From IMG/VR virus record IMGVR_UViG_3300012983_000034, positions 45,935 to 109,934 of that record: 64,000 bases of DNA; one strand, given 5' to 3'. Below are positions 38,910-49,232 of this stretch, in pieces. The position numbers and the translations under genes were made by a program. Every line of letters begins with the position of its first letter. Within the stretch, counting starts at the first letter, position 1. The DNA is from a virus. Taxonomy: Duplodnaviria; Caudoviricetes. The notes under the pieces are model-generated. The model was given only the letters and a program-made list of their open reading frames with translations. It searched no databases and was not told where the DNA came from.

Positions 38910-40403
38910 TTAAAACGAATCTGGGCTAATATTTGTTATGCCAATTTCTTTAATGATGTTTCTACTCTTGTCATGTTCACAAACAATCTGGTAGCCATTC
39001 GCCTGTCCCTCTTGGTTCTTAACAATAAAGAACACCTGATACTTCTTATCTTTGGTTAAGTTCTGAACTATTTTGCTATTCTTGCCTTCTGGTCTATATA
39101 CATATAATGCATTCTTACCGCCCTCATACTCATCTTCAAAAATATCTCGTATCATAATACAAGTCGAAGCTACATCGACTATGTTCTTAGCCATACCAAT
39201 ATTGTTTTGAGTATAATATCTCATTACGGAACTACCTTTTTCTAACTGAAAAGTAATTAAAATATGTACATTAAGCGATTCGGCTTTAACAGTATCTTTA
39301 ATAGCAACCATTGCCTGTTGCATTTCCATCCAAGCACTTGCTGACACCTTACCAGCATCCATCTTAAAAGTATCAAGTATAAAATACGTAACACCCAAAG
39401 CTGCATATTTTTTAATTTCCTTTATCGCTTTTGATGTTTGATACTGAAGAAAAGGAATGATAGTAATCATATGGTTCTTCGTCTTCTCTTCTAACCAACT
39501 AGCAGCCTTATGTAATGTTTCTTTTACTTCTGGAGAATACTTACCATCTCTAATAACGTGTTTTTGAATATCGTATTTAAATACGTTATTACAAATCCAA
39601 ACAAGCATTTCTCTCTGCCATTTAGCAATAGAGTCTTCGTTTACCATAATTACAACTCTTTCGTTCTTTTCAATGATACTAGGAATAGTCGTAGAACGAG
39701 CTACGGTTGATTTGCCAGCATTACTAATACCACCCAACAAAGTAATAGAACCAGAATATTGACCACCAGTTTCCTTTGTAAGCATTGGCATATTATAATA
39801 GGGCAATCCAATTGCAGAACCAGCATCCAACTTTTCAATCAAGTCGTGGATTTTATAACAAATATCATAACTCTTAACATCGGAATCAACATTAACAAAC
39901 ACATCATTAAGATATGCAGAATGTTCATTATAGATATCTTCTGCCGTCATATCTGCATAATCAGATAGTCTTTGCTTAACTGGAAAACCTCTTTTACAAA
40001 GCTGTATTACAGCTCTCCACTTCCTTAATTCAGAAACATAACCATCAAAATTTTCAACCTTGATATATGTCATAGCATTTTGAATTGTGTTATATCCACC
40101 ATATTCTTCATACTTTGCTCTTAATTTGTGATGCTTTTCAAGATACAGACCAATTGTAATATCGTCAAGAGTATTTTTCTTTTCTACCAAAATAATATCG
40201 TGAGCAATCTGAAAAAACACCTTCCAAGTATTCTCTGAAAAATCATCTAAAGTAAGATTGGTATCAAATAATTTGTCTGGCGCTTTATATAAAATGGAAA
40301 CCACATTAGCTTCGGCTGCAATCTTGAACTCCAAAACCTTCTTTGCAGTGCCTATCATTTCTTTTTCAAATTCTGTCATTTTGTTTTGATTTTTCTCTGC
40401 CAT
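38910..40403 (-). CDS. Replicative DnaB-like helicase
   Basis: GGISNAGKST Walker A, ILDTFK, KNQEG. Confidence 0.85.
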   Translation of the reverse strand: MAEKNQNKMTEFEKEMIGTAKKVLEFKIAAEANVVSILYKAPDKLFDTNLTLDDFSENTWKVFFQIAHDIILVEKKNTLDDITIGLYLEKHHKLRAKYEEYGGYNTIQNAMTYIKVENFDGYVSELRKWRAVIQLCKRGFPVKQRLSDYADMTAEDIYNEHSAYLNDVFVNVDSDVKSYDICYKIHDLIEKLDAGSAIGLPYYNMPMLTKETGGQYSGSITLLGGISNAGKSTVARSTTIPSIIEKNERVVIMVNEDSIAKWQREMLVWICNNVFKYDIQKHVIRDGKYSPEVKETLHKAASWLEEKTKNHMITIIPFLQYQTSKAIKEIKKYAALGVTYFILDTFKMDAGKVSASAWMEMQQAMVAIKDTVKAESLNVHILITFQLEKGSSVMRYYTQNNIGMAKNIVDVASTCIMIRDIFEDEYEGGKNALYVYRPEGKNSKIVQNLTKDKKYQVFFIVKNQEGQANGYQIVCEHDKSRNIIKEIGITNISPDSF

Positions 40404-40428
40404 ATACTACACCTTCAACTAATTTTGT

Positions 40429-40887
40429 TTACCATAAATCATTTAATAATTTGCTATTTACCTCTTTTGTTTTTCTTTGATACTCTGCTCCCGTATGATT
40501 TGCAGTGTCTATCGTTGTATTCTCTGCTTCCTCTTTTGTCTTTTTAACCGACTTCATTCGCATATACACTGTATTAATATTTTTTTCTACAATCTTCAAT
40601 ATATAATTAAAACGATGCGATTCATCTTTGAAGTTGTTGGTTCTCAAAGCCTTTTGAATATCAGGCGAACAGAATTTAAAGGTATTTAATATCGTTTCAT
40701 AAGAATAATTGGCTGTTGAAGCAATGTTATTATTTTCCATGAACTTATTGGTCAACAAACCTTTTAGTCTAAGAACCATTGTGCTTGACAGCGCTTGGTT
40801 TTCGTCGTATCCCAACAGACTTTTCACATAGAAATATAGATTCTCCCAGTCTTGTTTTTCTTGTTCGCTCATCTTCTTCTTTGCCAT
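40429..40887 (-). CDS. Hypothetical replication-module protein
   Basis: Immediately upstream of helicase. Confidence 0.7.
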   Translation of the reverse strand: MAKKKMSEQEKQDWENLYFYVKSLLGYDENQALSSTMVLRLKGLLTNKFMENNNIASTANYSYETILNTFKFCSPDIQKALRTNNFKDESHRFNYILKIVEKNINTVYMRMKSVKKTKEEAENTTIDTANHTGAEYQRKTKEVNSKLLNDLW

Positions 40888-40973
40888 ATTCTCACTCCAT
40901 TCACATTATAATTTACCCAATTACCCCTATAATAGAATTATCATAGGGGTAAATTAGAGTATAACTTTAATAA

Positions 40974-42089
40974 TTACTTACAAGCTTTAAGAATTTTCTT
41001 TGCTACTTCAACATTGTCAATTTCAGTAGGATTGCTAAAACCATTTTCTCTGCAAAGCTCAAGCACAGGCTTAATTATATCAATTTCGGTTTTATTTGCA
41101 CTAAAGAATTCAACGATTTTTTCTTTAATCTCATCAAGTTCTTTCTGTTTACGAGCAGCCTCTTCAGCCTCTGCAATTCTCTTTAAATTTTCAGCATCTT
41201 CTTTATCATTTTCTTTCTTGCGGTCTTCTACAGACACACCGTTCTTATTAATCTCAGCCTTAATTGCATCGGTAATAGCGGTAATAAATTCATCGGGGTC
41301 AAGATTAATTTCTGAAACAATGTTAGAAAATCTCGAACCAGAGTCAACAACAAAAGAATCATCACGGAACTTAATCTTTCTCGTTTCATCCTTGATTACG
41401 GTCTTAATCTCTTCCTTCTTGGTAACGATATTTTTCTTACCAGTCTTTTCTTTCTGCAATTCTCTGTCGAAATAAGCGAGGCAAAGGAAGTGAAGATTCT
41501 TTTTAAGAGCGTTAAAATAGTTCTGCTGCTGGTCAGAAGTAAGAATCTGATAAGTTTCATCATTATAAATATTCTTAACTTCCTTGGTCTTTACGTGACC
41601 AATCCACCAAACCTTAACGCCAACACTTTCAAGTCTGTCTACCTGCTCGAAGATTAATTCAAGAGCCTTCTTATCTCCACCACCAAAACCATTCCAGCTT
41701 CCATTAATACTATCAGCTCTCTTATCGGGATTCTTTCGATTCCACAAAGCCAAAGCTTCCTGTTGAGCCATAAGAATCATTTGGTCATAAGTATCTCCAA
41801 AAACAACTCTGAGGTCTGCATAATCCGTAGTCTTGTTTTCTACGATATCATCAACGAATTCTACCCAATCATCCCAAGTTGGAATATTTTCAGCAACAAT
41901 TCCTTCAATTGCATCAGCACCTCTTTCTCTGAAAAGTTCGGCAAAAATATACCCGTCTTCACCAACAAGCTTTTCAGCCACCTGATACAACAAAGATGTT
42001 TTACCAATCTTAGGTTCGCCCAACATCATAAGCGAATAATTAAAAGGGTCTACCTTTACTTGATTCTTCTTACCAAATTTTCTTGCCAT
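40974..42089 (-). CDS. AAA-family ATPase (Sak4-like, recombination/annealing)
   Basis: GEPKIGKT Walker A, DTYD Walker B, IGH. Confidence 0.8.
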   Translation of the reverse strand: MARKFGKKNQVKVDPFNYSLMMLGEPKIGKTSLLYQVAEKLVGEDGYIFAELFRERGADAIEGIVAENIPTWDDWVEFVDDIVENKTTDYADLRVVFGDTYDQMILMAQQEALALWNRKNPDKRADSINGSWNGFGGGDKKALELIFEQVDRLESVGVKVWWIGHVKTKEVKNIYNDETYQILTSDQQQNYFNALKKNLHFLCLAYFDRELQKEKTGKKNIVTKKEEIKTVIKDETRKIKFRDDSFVVDSGSRFSNIVSEINLDPDEFITAITDAIKAEINKNGVSVEDRKKENDKEDAENLKRIAEAEEAARKQKELDEIKEKIVEFFSANKTEIDIIKPVLELCRENGFSNPTEIDNVEVAKKILKACK

Positions 42090-42161
42090 TCTATATACTC
42101 CTTTTCATTCACTTTGGAGAGGGATGGTTAAATCCCTCTCACTTTATAACCTTATGTATTA

Positions 42162-43340
42162 TTATTTAATGTTATTCAGCCAAGCCATTGAATCATCAGA
42201 ATCAGATTCATCTACATCGAAAGGAGGCTTGTCAGAATCGTCTACAGGATGTTCAGATGCAGCACTGTTATAAAGATAATCCAAATACAAATCGTCCTCA
42301 GTAAATCTCTCTTCAAACTTCTGCACTACGGGAGTCTTTTCATCTCCAACAAGCTTAATCATAGGCTTCTTAAGCACCATTCTGCGTTCACGACTTCCAT
42401 TTGCAGTACACTTAGCACAAGCTTCTTCTTCAGTGTATACGCCCATATCAACCAAATCTCTAATGTCTTGAGGAAGGTCATCGAGAGTTGCAGTCACCAC
42501 TGCTCCACCTTCAATGAACTCTCCTTCAAAAGTAATCTGAGTAATATCCTTCTTAACTTTAAACAACTTTTCATAAATGGTCTTACACTGCTTTTCGTTT
42601 TCAAGATTAAGTTCAAACTCAAACTGCTTCTTATAAGGGAACTGTCCTTTAACTTCAATACCGTTGTATTCCTTCAGATAATCAAGAACTCTTGCATCAA
42701 CATACATTACGCTCTTATCCTTGTCGATGCTCTTAAGACTTGCAGAATCCTTATCAACAAGAACAGTCTGAGTGAAACGAGCAGAATACTTGGAAGAATC
42801 ATCAACCTTAGACAGTACAATGCTCGTAATGTTCTTGCGAACCTGAGTATTTTCGTTGTAAGTAGAATACTTAAGATTTCCCTTAACATTTACAACCATA
42901 TCTTCGGAAAGATGTTCTTTTGCATATGCAATAGCATCATATGCAGAAAGGAATTTCTTATAAAAAGTCTTACCTTCGCTAGTTTTTTCAAGACCAACAG
43001 TAATAAATGAAAGTTCTCCAACCTCTTCAAGAACTTCGTCATCGAATCTGTCATCCCAATCTACAACAATCTGTTTTTCAAAGTCGTCTGAACCATCGTC
43101 CTTCTTGCCGTGTGCAAAGATTTTGTTTTCATTTTCTTCGCTGTATCCACCCATAAGTTCAGCGTAGACTGTACCGTGCTTTTCTCCGCAGTCAACTCCA
43201 ATATTCATGCTGTTATAAATCCAGCTACTCTTTTCTGACTTCTCATCAATCTTAAAAGTATAATCTCCAATGACGGGTTTGCCGACCAATGTGAAATTAG
43301 ACAACCAGTCGGACTTTTTAATTACTTTCTTTTCGCTCAT
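42162..43340 (-). CDS. Putative single-stranded DNA-binding protein
   Basis: OB-like N-terminus, acidic 'PPFDVDESDSDD' tail, next to the AAA ATPase. Confidence 0.6.
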   Translation of the reverse strand: MSEKKVIKKSDWLSNFTLVGKPVIGDYTFKIDEKSEKSSWIYNSMNIGVDCGEKHGTVYAELMGGYSEENENKIFAHGKKDDGSDDFEKQIVVDWDDRFDDEVLEEVGELSFITVGLEKTSEGKTFYKKFLSAYDAIAYAKEHLSEDMVVNVKGNLKYSTYNENTQVRKNITSIVLSKVDDSSKYSARFTQTVLVDKDSASLKSIDKDKSVMYVDARVLDYLKEYNGIEVKGQFPYKKQFEFELNLENEKQCKTIYEKLFKVKKDITQITFEGEFIEGGAVVTATLDDLPQDIRDLVDMGVYTEEEACAKCTANGSRERRMVLKKPMIKLVGDEKTPVVQKFEERFTEDDLYLDYLYNSAASEHPVDDSDKPPFDVDESDSDDSMAWLNNIK

Positions 43341-43414
43341 AATTTTCTCCTTTTTATTCATTATAACTTTATTTATTAAAATATTTTTTTTGCAACACAG
43401 ATTGTTACGATGAT

Positions 43415-43443
43415 ATTATACCACAATAATATATAATTGTCAA
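43415..43443 (-). promoter_or_regulatory. Consensus sigmaA promoter
   Basis: TTGACA-N17-TATAAT, extended TGn. Confidence 0.85.
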
Positions 43444-43467
43444 TAGTATTTTTAAAATTTATAAAAT

Positions 43468-43896
43468 TTAATTAAGAAAAAATTCTACGGTGTAGTCAAC
43501 TGCTTCTCTAATGCTTTCGCACATTCTGGTTGTAAATTCAATAAGCCACGGATGTAATTTCTTGTTGTCTTTGTTAATTCCAATAATAGGAATGTTCAAC
43601 TCCTTTGCTATTGCAAGCTCTGCACAAGTGCCAATGCTCTTTGGGTCATTAAAATTTACAATAACTAAATCAGAGTTCCTAAGAGCATTCAGGTCGAACT
43701 CCATCACTTCACGCTCAGAGCGATGTCGCTCTTCTTCAAAATTATAGTAATCTACTGGATTAAAAAAGACTGGTTTCTTTTCTAAGTCTTTGTCTCCATA
43801 CTTAATGGCATTGATGACTTGAGAACGCCACTTGCTTTGTTCTTCAAAACTAACGCCAGACATCGAGCCGCTAAGATATATTTTTACTGTTTCCAT
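43468..43896 (-). CDS. Nucleoside 2-deoxyribosyltransferase-like protein
   Basis: KIYLSGSM, FNP, D....SD, SIGTCAEL. Confidence 0.85.
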   Translation of the reverse strand: METVKIYLSGSMSGVSFEEQSKWRSQVINAIKYGDKDLEKKPVFFNPVDYYNFEEERHRSEREVMEFDLNALRNSDLVIVNFNDPKSIGTCAELAIAKELNIPIIGINKDNKKLHPWLIEFTTRMCESIREAVDYTVEFFLN

Positions 43897-43897
43897 A

Positions 43898-44644
43898 TTA
43901 CATCACTTCTTTCATACTATTATTATAACTATATTCACCAAAATATTTTTCTTCCCATTCTTTTCTTTGTTTTACAGCGTCTTCAAAATTAATGAATCTC
44001 TTTTTATACTTTTCATTGTTTATGCCAATATGAGCAATCCATCTGTTTTCTGTTCTACTATAGCTAACACCAGTGATACCAGATGTATTATTTGACAACA
44101 AACTTTTATTCATGCCATTTTGACTTGATGTAACAGGTCTTAATTCGGACTTTCTATTGTCGTGATTTATATGTTTTATATGGTCTACCTTTTCTGAATC
44201 TGGAAACAATATTCTATGCATTTTAATTCCTTTTCGATGACTTCTTGTTCCAGAACAATGAGAGACAACATATCCTTCTTTATCATAATACCAACAATAG
44301 TCTTTGATTTTATCATAATCTTCTAAATCAAAATAAAATTCTTCGCCTTTAGATGTGTATCCAATCCCATACTCTCCTGTTAAATCATATGTATTGTACC
44401 TTTTGCAAATATCCATATTTCTTTTTGCTATAGTTTCTGAGCTTAAACACCCACAAGATTTTGTGTTGTCTGATTTTAAACTGTTTCCTTTGACAATAAC
44501 ATTATTTCCGCAATCACATTTGCAGAGCCATCGTATATGTCGCTGACCACTTGGAGATACATACTCATCGGCTCTTTCAACTACTGTTAATTTCCCAAAT
44601 TTTTTACCAGTTAAGTCTACAAATTTTCCCACATTTCTTACCAT
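43898..44644 (-). CDS. HNH endonuclease with AP2 domain
   Basis: DLTGKKFGKLTV, MHR..DHIKH..DNRKSELR. Confidence 0.9.
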   Translation of the reverse strand: MVRNVGKFVDLTGKKFGKLTVVERADEYVSPSGQRHIRWLCKCDCGNNVIVKGNSLKSDNTKSCGCLSSETIAKRNMDICKRYNTYDLTGEYGIGYTSKGEEFYFDLEDYDKIKDYCWYYDKEGYVVSHCSGTRSHRKGIKMHRILFPDSEKVDHIKHINHDNRKSELRPVTSSQNGMNKSLLSNNTSGITGVSYSRTENRWIAHIGINNEKYKKRFINFEDAVKQRKEWEEKYFGEYSYNNSMKEVM

Positions 44645-44665
44645 TCACCCTTTAAAATTTCTATT

Positions 44666-44986
44666 TTATATTTCGTTATAACCTAAAATTTGATGTTGTC
44701 TTGCCAACTCTAAAATCTTTTTATATTCTTTGGGAGGCTCCCTGCCAGTATATTGATAATACCGTTTTATTTGTTGCGGACGAGCAATGAGTTTGGACAC
44801 AAGCTTTTTGCTATCTGCGTTATACACAACTATAATTCCGTTATCCGTTATCTCGTGTATCTCATTACCATTGATATGCCCTTTGTTGACAACAAAACTA
44901 TCAACCACTCGACCATCGCCACCAAGACACTCCTCAATGAACTTTTCTCGCTCATATCTTTCACTCTCGTAATGATTGCTCGTCAC
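44666..44986 (-). CDS. Hypothetical protein
   Basis: RBS-led ORF. Confidence 0.7.
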   Translation of the reverse strand: MTSNHYESERYEREKFIEECLGGDGRVVDSFVVNKGHINGNEIHEITDNGIIVVYNADSKKLVSKLIARPQQIKRYYQYTGREPPKEYKKILELARQHQILGYNEI

Positions 44987-45371
44987 TTTCTTTTACCTCT
45001 TCATAACCGTCAAACACATTGCCAATAATCTGAATTTCAGTAGATACATCGGAACCAAGAGTATAGAAAGTGTCACTATTTACACACAAAATCACATAAG
45101 CAGAAAGTTCGTGAGCGTAACAAACTAATCCTACCTCTTCTTTGTTCTCTTCTACACGAGCTTGAATATAATCCCCCTCAAAGATTTCTTCGCCGTTCTT
45201 GTCTTGGAGATTTATATCTTTATGAAAGATATATCTTTCTGAATCTAATGCTAAAGGAATTTTAATCATTCCAAATAATGATTGCTTGATTTTAAACAAT
45301 TCATCATTAGGACTAAGATAAATATTATCTTTAATCCAACATTTTTCTACATTATCATATACACGAAACAA
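44961..45371 (-). CDS. YopX family protein
   Basis: FRVYD, DKNGEEIFEGD, IIGNVFD. Confidence 0.85.
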   Translation of the reverse strand: MFRVYDNVEKCWIKDNIYLSPNDELFKIKQSLFGMIKIPLALDSERYIFHKDINLQDKNGEEIFEGDYIQARVEENKEEVGLVCYAHELSAYVILCVNSDTFYTLGSDVSTEIQIIGNVFDGYEEVKESDEQSLRE

Positions 45372-45384
45372 TTAACACACCTCC

Positions 45385-46533
45385 CTACACTTCTATAATC
45401 TTTATAGCCTTATCAATTTCCTCAACCACGTAATCAATATCTTCATATGTAATATCGCTTGGCATAGTCAACCTAATTGTTCTCATTGCCTCTTCATTTG
45501 ATAAACCAATCTCTTTGAGTACATGACTTGGCACAATAGATTGCGAATTACAAGCTGAAGCTGTTGATATTTTTATATCGCTCATATCAAGAGTGTACAA
45601 CAAAGACTCGCCCGTTATATTCTGTGGAAATGTTACATTTATGTTGTTTGGCAATCTATAATAACTGTCTCCATTTAATTCACAGTCAAAATTTCGCTCA
45701 AGAAGTTCAATAAAATAATTTCGTTTTTCACATAATTCCTGTATTTTTTTGTGACCAATATCACATAACTTCAAAGCTTCGTTCAATCCAATAATGCCAA
45801 ATGTATTTTCTGTACCTCCACGCAAACCGTTCTCTTGATTACCATAAATAAGAGGTTGAATATCTATTCCATTTCTTTTATATAAAAAGCCGACCCCTTT
45901 TAACACTGGAGAAATTTTATGACCGCTTACACTCATCATATCAATTCCCAATTCATCAACATCAATAGGAATGCGTCCAAACGTCTGAGTTGCATCAATA
46001 TGTAAGACACCACCATATCTATGAACCAACTCAGAAATCTGTTTAATTGGTTGAATCGTACCAATCTCGTTGTTAGCCATATGAATACCAACCAAGACAG
46101 GCTTTCCCTTTCGCATTATTAACATCTGCTCCAAAGACACACAATCAACAAATCCGTATTCGTCTACATTACAGTAGCCAACAACAGCGTCTAAATCACT
46201 ATTTTCAAGCAATTCTATAATGGATTTATGTTCTGCTCTAGTAGTAATAACATATGGTGTTTTATACTTGTTTATCCAGATTTCATCGACCCAGCCTCTA
46301 ATAGACATATTGTTGCTTTCGGAAGCACCACTTGTAAAAATAATCTCATTAGCTTCTGCACCTATAAATTTAGCGATATTGGTTCTACACTTATTTATCT
46401 CTTCTTTTACATCACTCGCATAGAGACTTGAAGGATTTTGCCAATATTTTTTCATTGCATTTGCTATCGTATCAACAATAATATCATCGTCACATTTATA
46501 TTCAGCGGTAGCAGCAGCGTCCAAATAAATCAA
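45385..46533 (-). CDS. iscS: Cysteine desulfurase (IscS/NifS family)
   Basis: IYLDAAAT, FTSGASE, SGHK (PLP Lys), STASAC (catalytic Cys). Confidence 0.92.
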   Translation of the reverse strand: MIYLDAAATAEYKCDDDIIVDTIANAMKKYWQNPSSLYASDVKEEINKCRTNIAKFIGAEANEIIFTSGASESNNMSIRGWVDEIWINKYKTPYVITTRAEHKSIIELLENSDLDAVVGYCNVDEYGFVDCVSLEQMLIMRKGKPVLVGIHMANNEIGTIQPIKQISELVHRYGGVLHIDATQTFGRIPIDVDELGIDMMSVSGHKISPVLKGVGFLYKRNGIDIQPLIYGNQENGLRGGTENTFGIIGLNEALKLCDIGHKKIQELCEKRNYFIELLERNFDCELNGDSYYRLPNNINVTFPQNITGESLLYTLDMSDIKISTASACNSQSIVPSHVLKEIGLSNEEAMRTIRLTMPSDITYEDIDYVVEEIDKAIKIIEV

Positions 46534-46547
46534 TCAAATCACCTCGT

Positions 46548-47048
46548 TTAAGACTCCAAAGAGTTTACCATCTTTTTCATAATGTTATTATTATTAAACA
46601 TCTCAACATTAATCATCTTTAACTCTTCCTCGTGCATAGTTGCTCTTTTAATTAGCGCCTTGTTAAGACATCTCAAATAAGCCAGTTGAATTCCGAAGGA
46701 AAGATTGAACTCATCTCCCTTATAGCAACAAGCCTCACTTCTAACCTTATCAGTTAAAAATTTTACTTGAACTTTACGCTTGTTCGTTCTGTAAAACACA
46801 TCATTGTGTCCATCAAATCCGACCATCGGAATCCAATTAGTCCATCCCTTAAAGTTTTCTTCGTGTACAAAGTGTTTTTCAAAATCTTCAAAGCTTACAA
46901 CACCAATTGCAGTTCTTGTCTTGGAATCTCTTAAAAGAAAAGAGTTGTCAAATACATTTGCAATCTCAAATACATCGCCAACTTTCTTAATCTTATCGTT
47001 CAACTCTTTAACCAAAACAACACGGTCATATTTTAATACAGTTTCCAT
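46548..47048 (-). CDS. Hypothetical protein
   Basis: First gene after promoter. Confidence 0.7.
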   Translation of the reverse strand: METVLKYDRVVLVKELNDKIKKVGDVFEIANVFDNSFLLRDSKTRTAIGVVSFEDFEKHFVHEENFKGWTNWIPMVGFDGHNDVFYRTNKRKVQVKFLTDKVRSEACCYKGDEFNLSFGIQLAYLRCLNKALIKRATMHEEELKMINVEMFNNNNIMKKMVNSLES

Positions 47049-47099
47049 TTTTTAAATACCTTTCTTAATTTATTATATAACATTATTTGTTACGAATGC

Positions 47100-47128
47100 A
47101 TTATAACATATTATATATCGATTGTCAA
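47100..47128 (-). promoter_or_regulatory. Consensus sigmaA promoter
   Basis: TTGACA-N17-TATAAT, extended TGn. Confidence 0.85.
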
Positions 47129-47272
47129 TACTTTTTTGAAAATTTAATTTTAGTTTTTCAAAACTGATAGGCTGAATAGCCTTATCAGTATCTACCTCCT
47201 TATCGGTCTCTGTTTCTATTGTCGTTGTTTTTTATTTCTTTTATAGTTTTCGTTTCCACTTATATAATTTTC

Positions 47273-47638
47273 TTAGTTTAAAATAGTTATTTTATAATAT
47301 ATATTCTGAACATTTAGGATAAATTCATAACAACCGTCAGATATTCTTGAAAAACACTCTGTTATTTTTGATGCTAACACATTCACAAAATGTGTTTCAT
47401 ATGCGTCATTTTTTTTAAAAATAATTCTATCGCCTTCTACAGAAATTGTTGCGTTTCTTTCAGAAGCTCTCAATATAAGCGAAAAACACTCTGGAGAATT
47501 AAGTGGATTTTCTGGATATACATCTATGTTTACTTCTTTTATTTTAATATTATTTTTTAATGATGACATTTTGTTTAAGTATAAATCGATTTCATCTTTG
47601 ATAAATCCAAATTTCGTTAAAGTTTTTTCAGTAACCAT
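47273..47638 (-). CDS. Hypothetical protein
   Basis: GAGAGG RBS before ATG 47638. Confidence 0.6.
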   Translation of the reverse strand: MVTEKTLTKFGFIKDEIDLYLNKMSSLKNNIKIKEVNIDVYPENPLNSPECFSLILRASERNATISVEGDRIIFKKNDAYETHFVNVLASKITECFSRISDGCYEFILNVQNIYYKITILN

Positions 47639-47805
47639 GTAACATACCTCTCCAACTATGTATAGTAGCATTACACCACGAGGCACTTATTCGTACCTCG
47701 TGGCTTCATTCTCTGAAATTATATTACTATAATTATTTGAAAATTGCAATACTAAATCGAACATTTGTTTGACAATTTACAATTTATTAATAACTACTTC
47801 ATAGT

Positions 47806-48756
47806 TTATTCAAAAGAGTCTAGGTGTCCCTTGACTAATTCACGAAAATTACCAACCTCAATACTGCTATTACATCTCATTAACTCTTTGGATATTATCA
47901 AATGCGCCATTCTGTTACGACTATTATCAGCAAATGCTTCATTTAACGATATATTATTTTTATCTAATTCAAGTTTGATTCGATGCATAATGCCGCTCGT
48001 ATATAATTGTAAAGGCAATAAAGAATATTCTAAATACTCTTTGGCTATCTTTCTTAACTTTGCGTAGTATGTGAATTTATAACTATCATTTGATGCAGTT
48101 GACCTGTTTTCAATTTTAAACACGCTGTCTGAATAAACACCACGCATATCAACTTTGCATATACCGAATCTATTTCTTCGCTCCCAAATATTAATATCTG
48201 CAAGATTTTTTAAATCAGACGCAAACTTTTCTGGCACTTTTATTTTGTAGGTATGCCCATTATCTTCTTGTAAGGTTATTATACCATCATCGTTTATATC
48301 GGACTTTCTTAAATTCTTTAAAACGCTCAAATCATCATTATACACACCCAAATAAATACAACTAAAAAGCAATTCATAATATAATGCATTGTATTCTTCA
48401 TATGTTGCAATATCTTTAATTACTCTTTGATATTCTTCATTGTTTATAAATTTCTTTTTTGCGTTTGGCTTTGCTTTCTTCCAAAGAAGTTTTTTATCCA
48501 AAGAATTAACCATTTGATATAAATTATCATTATCAACTATATTTTGTTCTTGCAACCACTTAGCATACATTCCTAATACATAACAAGTTGTTATAATTTC
48601 CTTTTGACTACTTGGTTTTCTGTCGAGTATAAACTGTTCAAGCTCCATTAAACTATAATTTTCGATATTGGTTTCAGCATTTTTAAGTACGAATTTAACC
48701 ACCTTGGCTGTGTTCGGCACTTGAACTGACTCCATAAATCGCTCTACATTATTCAC
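47806..48756 (-). CDS. Degenerate tyrosine-recombinase-fold protein (SPbeta MrpR/YopR-like repressor)
   Basis: Core-binding-like N-terminus, 'LLFSCIYLGV....L.NLRKSDI' and 'L.P.QLYTSG' boxes lacking the catalytic R/H-x-x-R; strong RBS. Confidence 0.6.
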   Translation of the reverse strand: MNNVERFMESVQVPNTAKVVKFVLKNAETNIENYSLMELEQFILDRKPSSQKEIITTCYVLGMYAKWLQEQNIVDNDNLYQMVNSLDKKLLWKKAKPNAKKKFINNEEYQRVIKDIATYEEYNALYYELLFSCIYLGVYNDDLSVLKNLRKSDINDDGIITLQEDNGHTYKIKVPEKFASDLKNLADINIWERRNRFGICKVDMRGVYSDSVFKIENRSTASNDSYKFTYYAKLRKIAKEYLEYSLLPLQLYTSGIMHRIKLELDKNNISLNEAFADNSRNRMAHLIISKELMRCNSSIEVGNFRELVKGHLDSFE

Positions 48757-48881
48757 AGTTTATCCTCCTTTCACTATTATATTGTTTTCTATATAATAAC
48801 ACTTATCGATAAACCAATCAACAATATAGACTTATTGCATTTTTTACTGTATATATTTAGGAATTATGAATAAATATAATT

Positions 48882-49232
48882 TCAACAAGATTTGTTCTCA
48901 TTATCAATACGTTCGATATCTACATTCTCATCATCGTCTACATATCCATCGTCTTCTATATATTCTTCATATACGATTTTGATAACATCGTAAGACAACC
49001 AATCAATAAAAAGTAATACTGGAACAAAATACCAAATTAAAAATCCAGCAAACCCATTACCCATAAACACTAAAATAAACGGATAAAAGAACAATGCAAT
49101 AGTGGCAAGACCATAGATAATCAAGTTTGCCGTGCAAAAGCACATTATAGCTCGTACAAAAAGCCACATCCAATTACTATATTTTTTATTAAATGATTCC
49201 AACATATTTTTAATTAGCTTCATATTTTTCAC
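48882..49232 (-). CDS. Membrane protein
   Basis: Two hydrophobic segments. Confidence 0.65.
   Translation of the reverse strand: MKNMKLIKNMLESFNKKYSNWMWLFVRAIMCFCTANLIIYGLATIALFFYPFILVFMGNGFAGFLIWYFVPVLLFIDWLSYDVIKIVYEEYIEDDGYVDDDENVDIERIDNENKSC

Noticed and set aside
42249-43010. Long + strand ORFs opposite the replication genes (also 41014, 34331, 61030 etc.)
   Set aside because: Antisense shadows of well-supported - strand genes.
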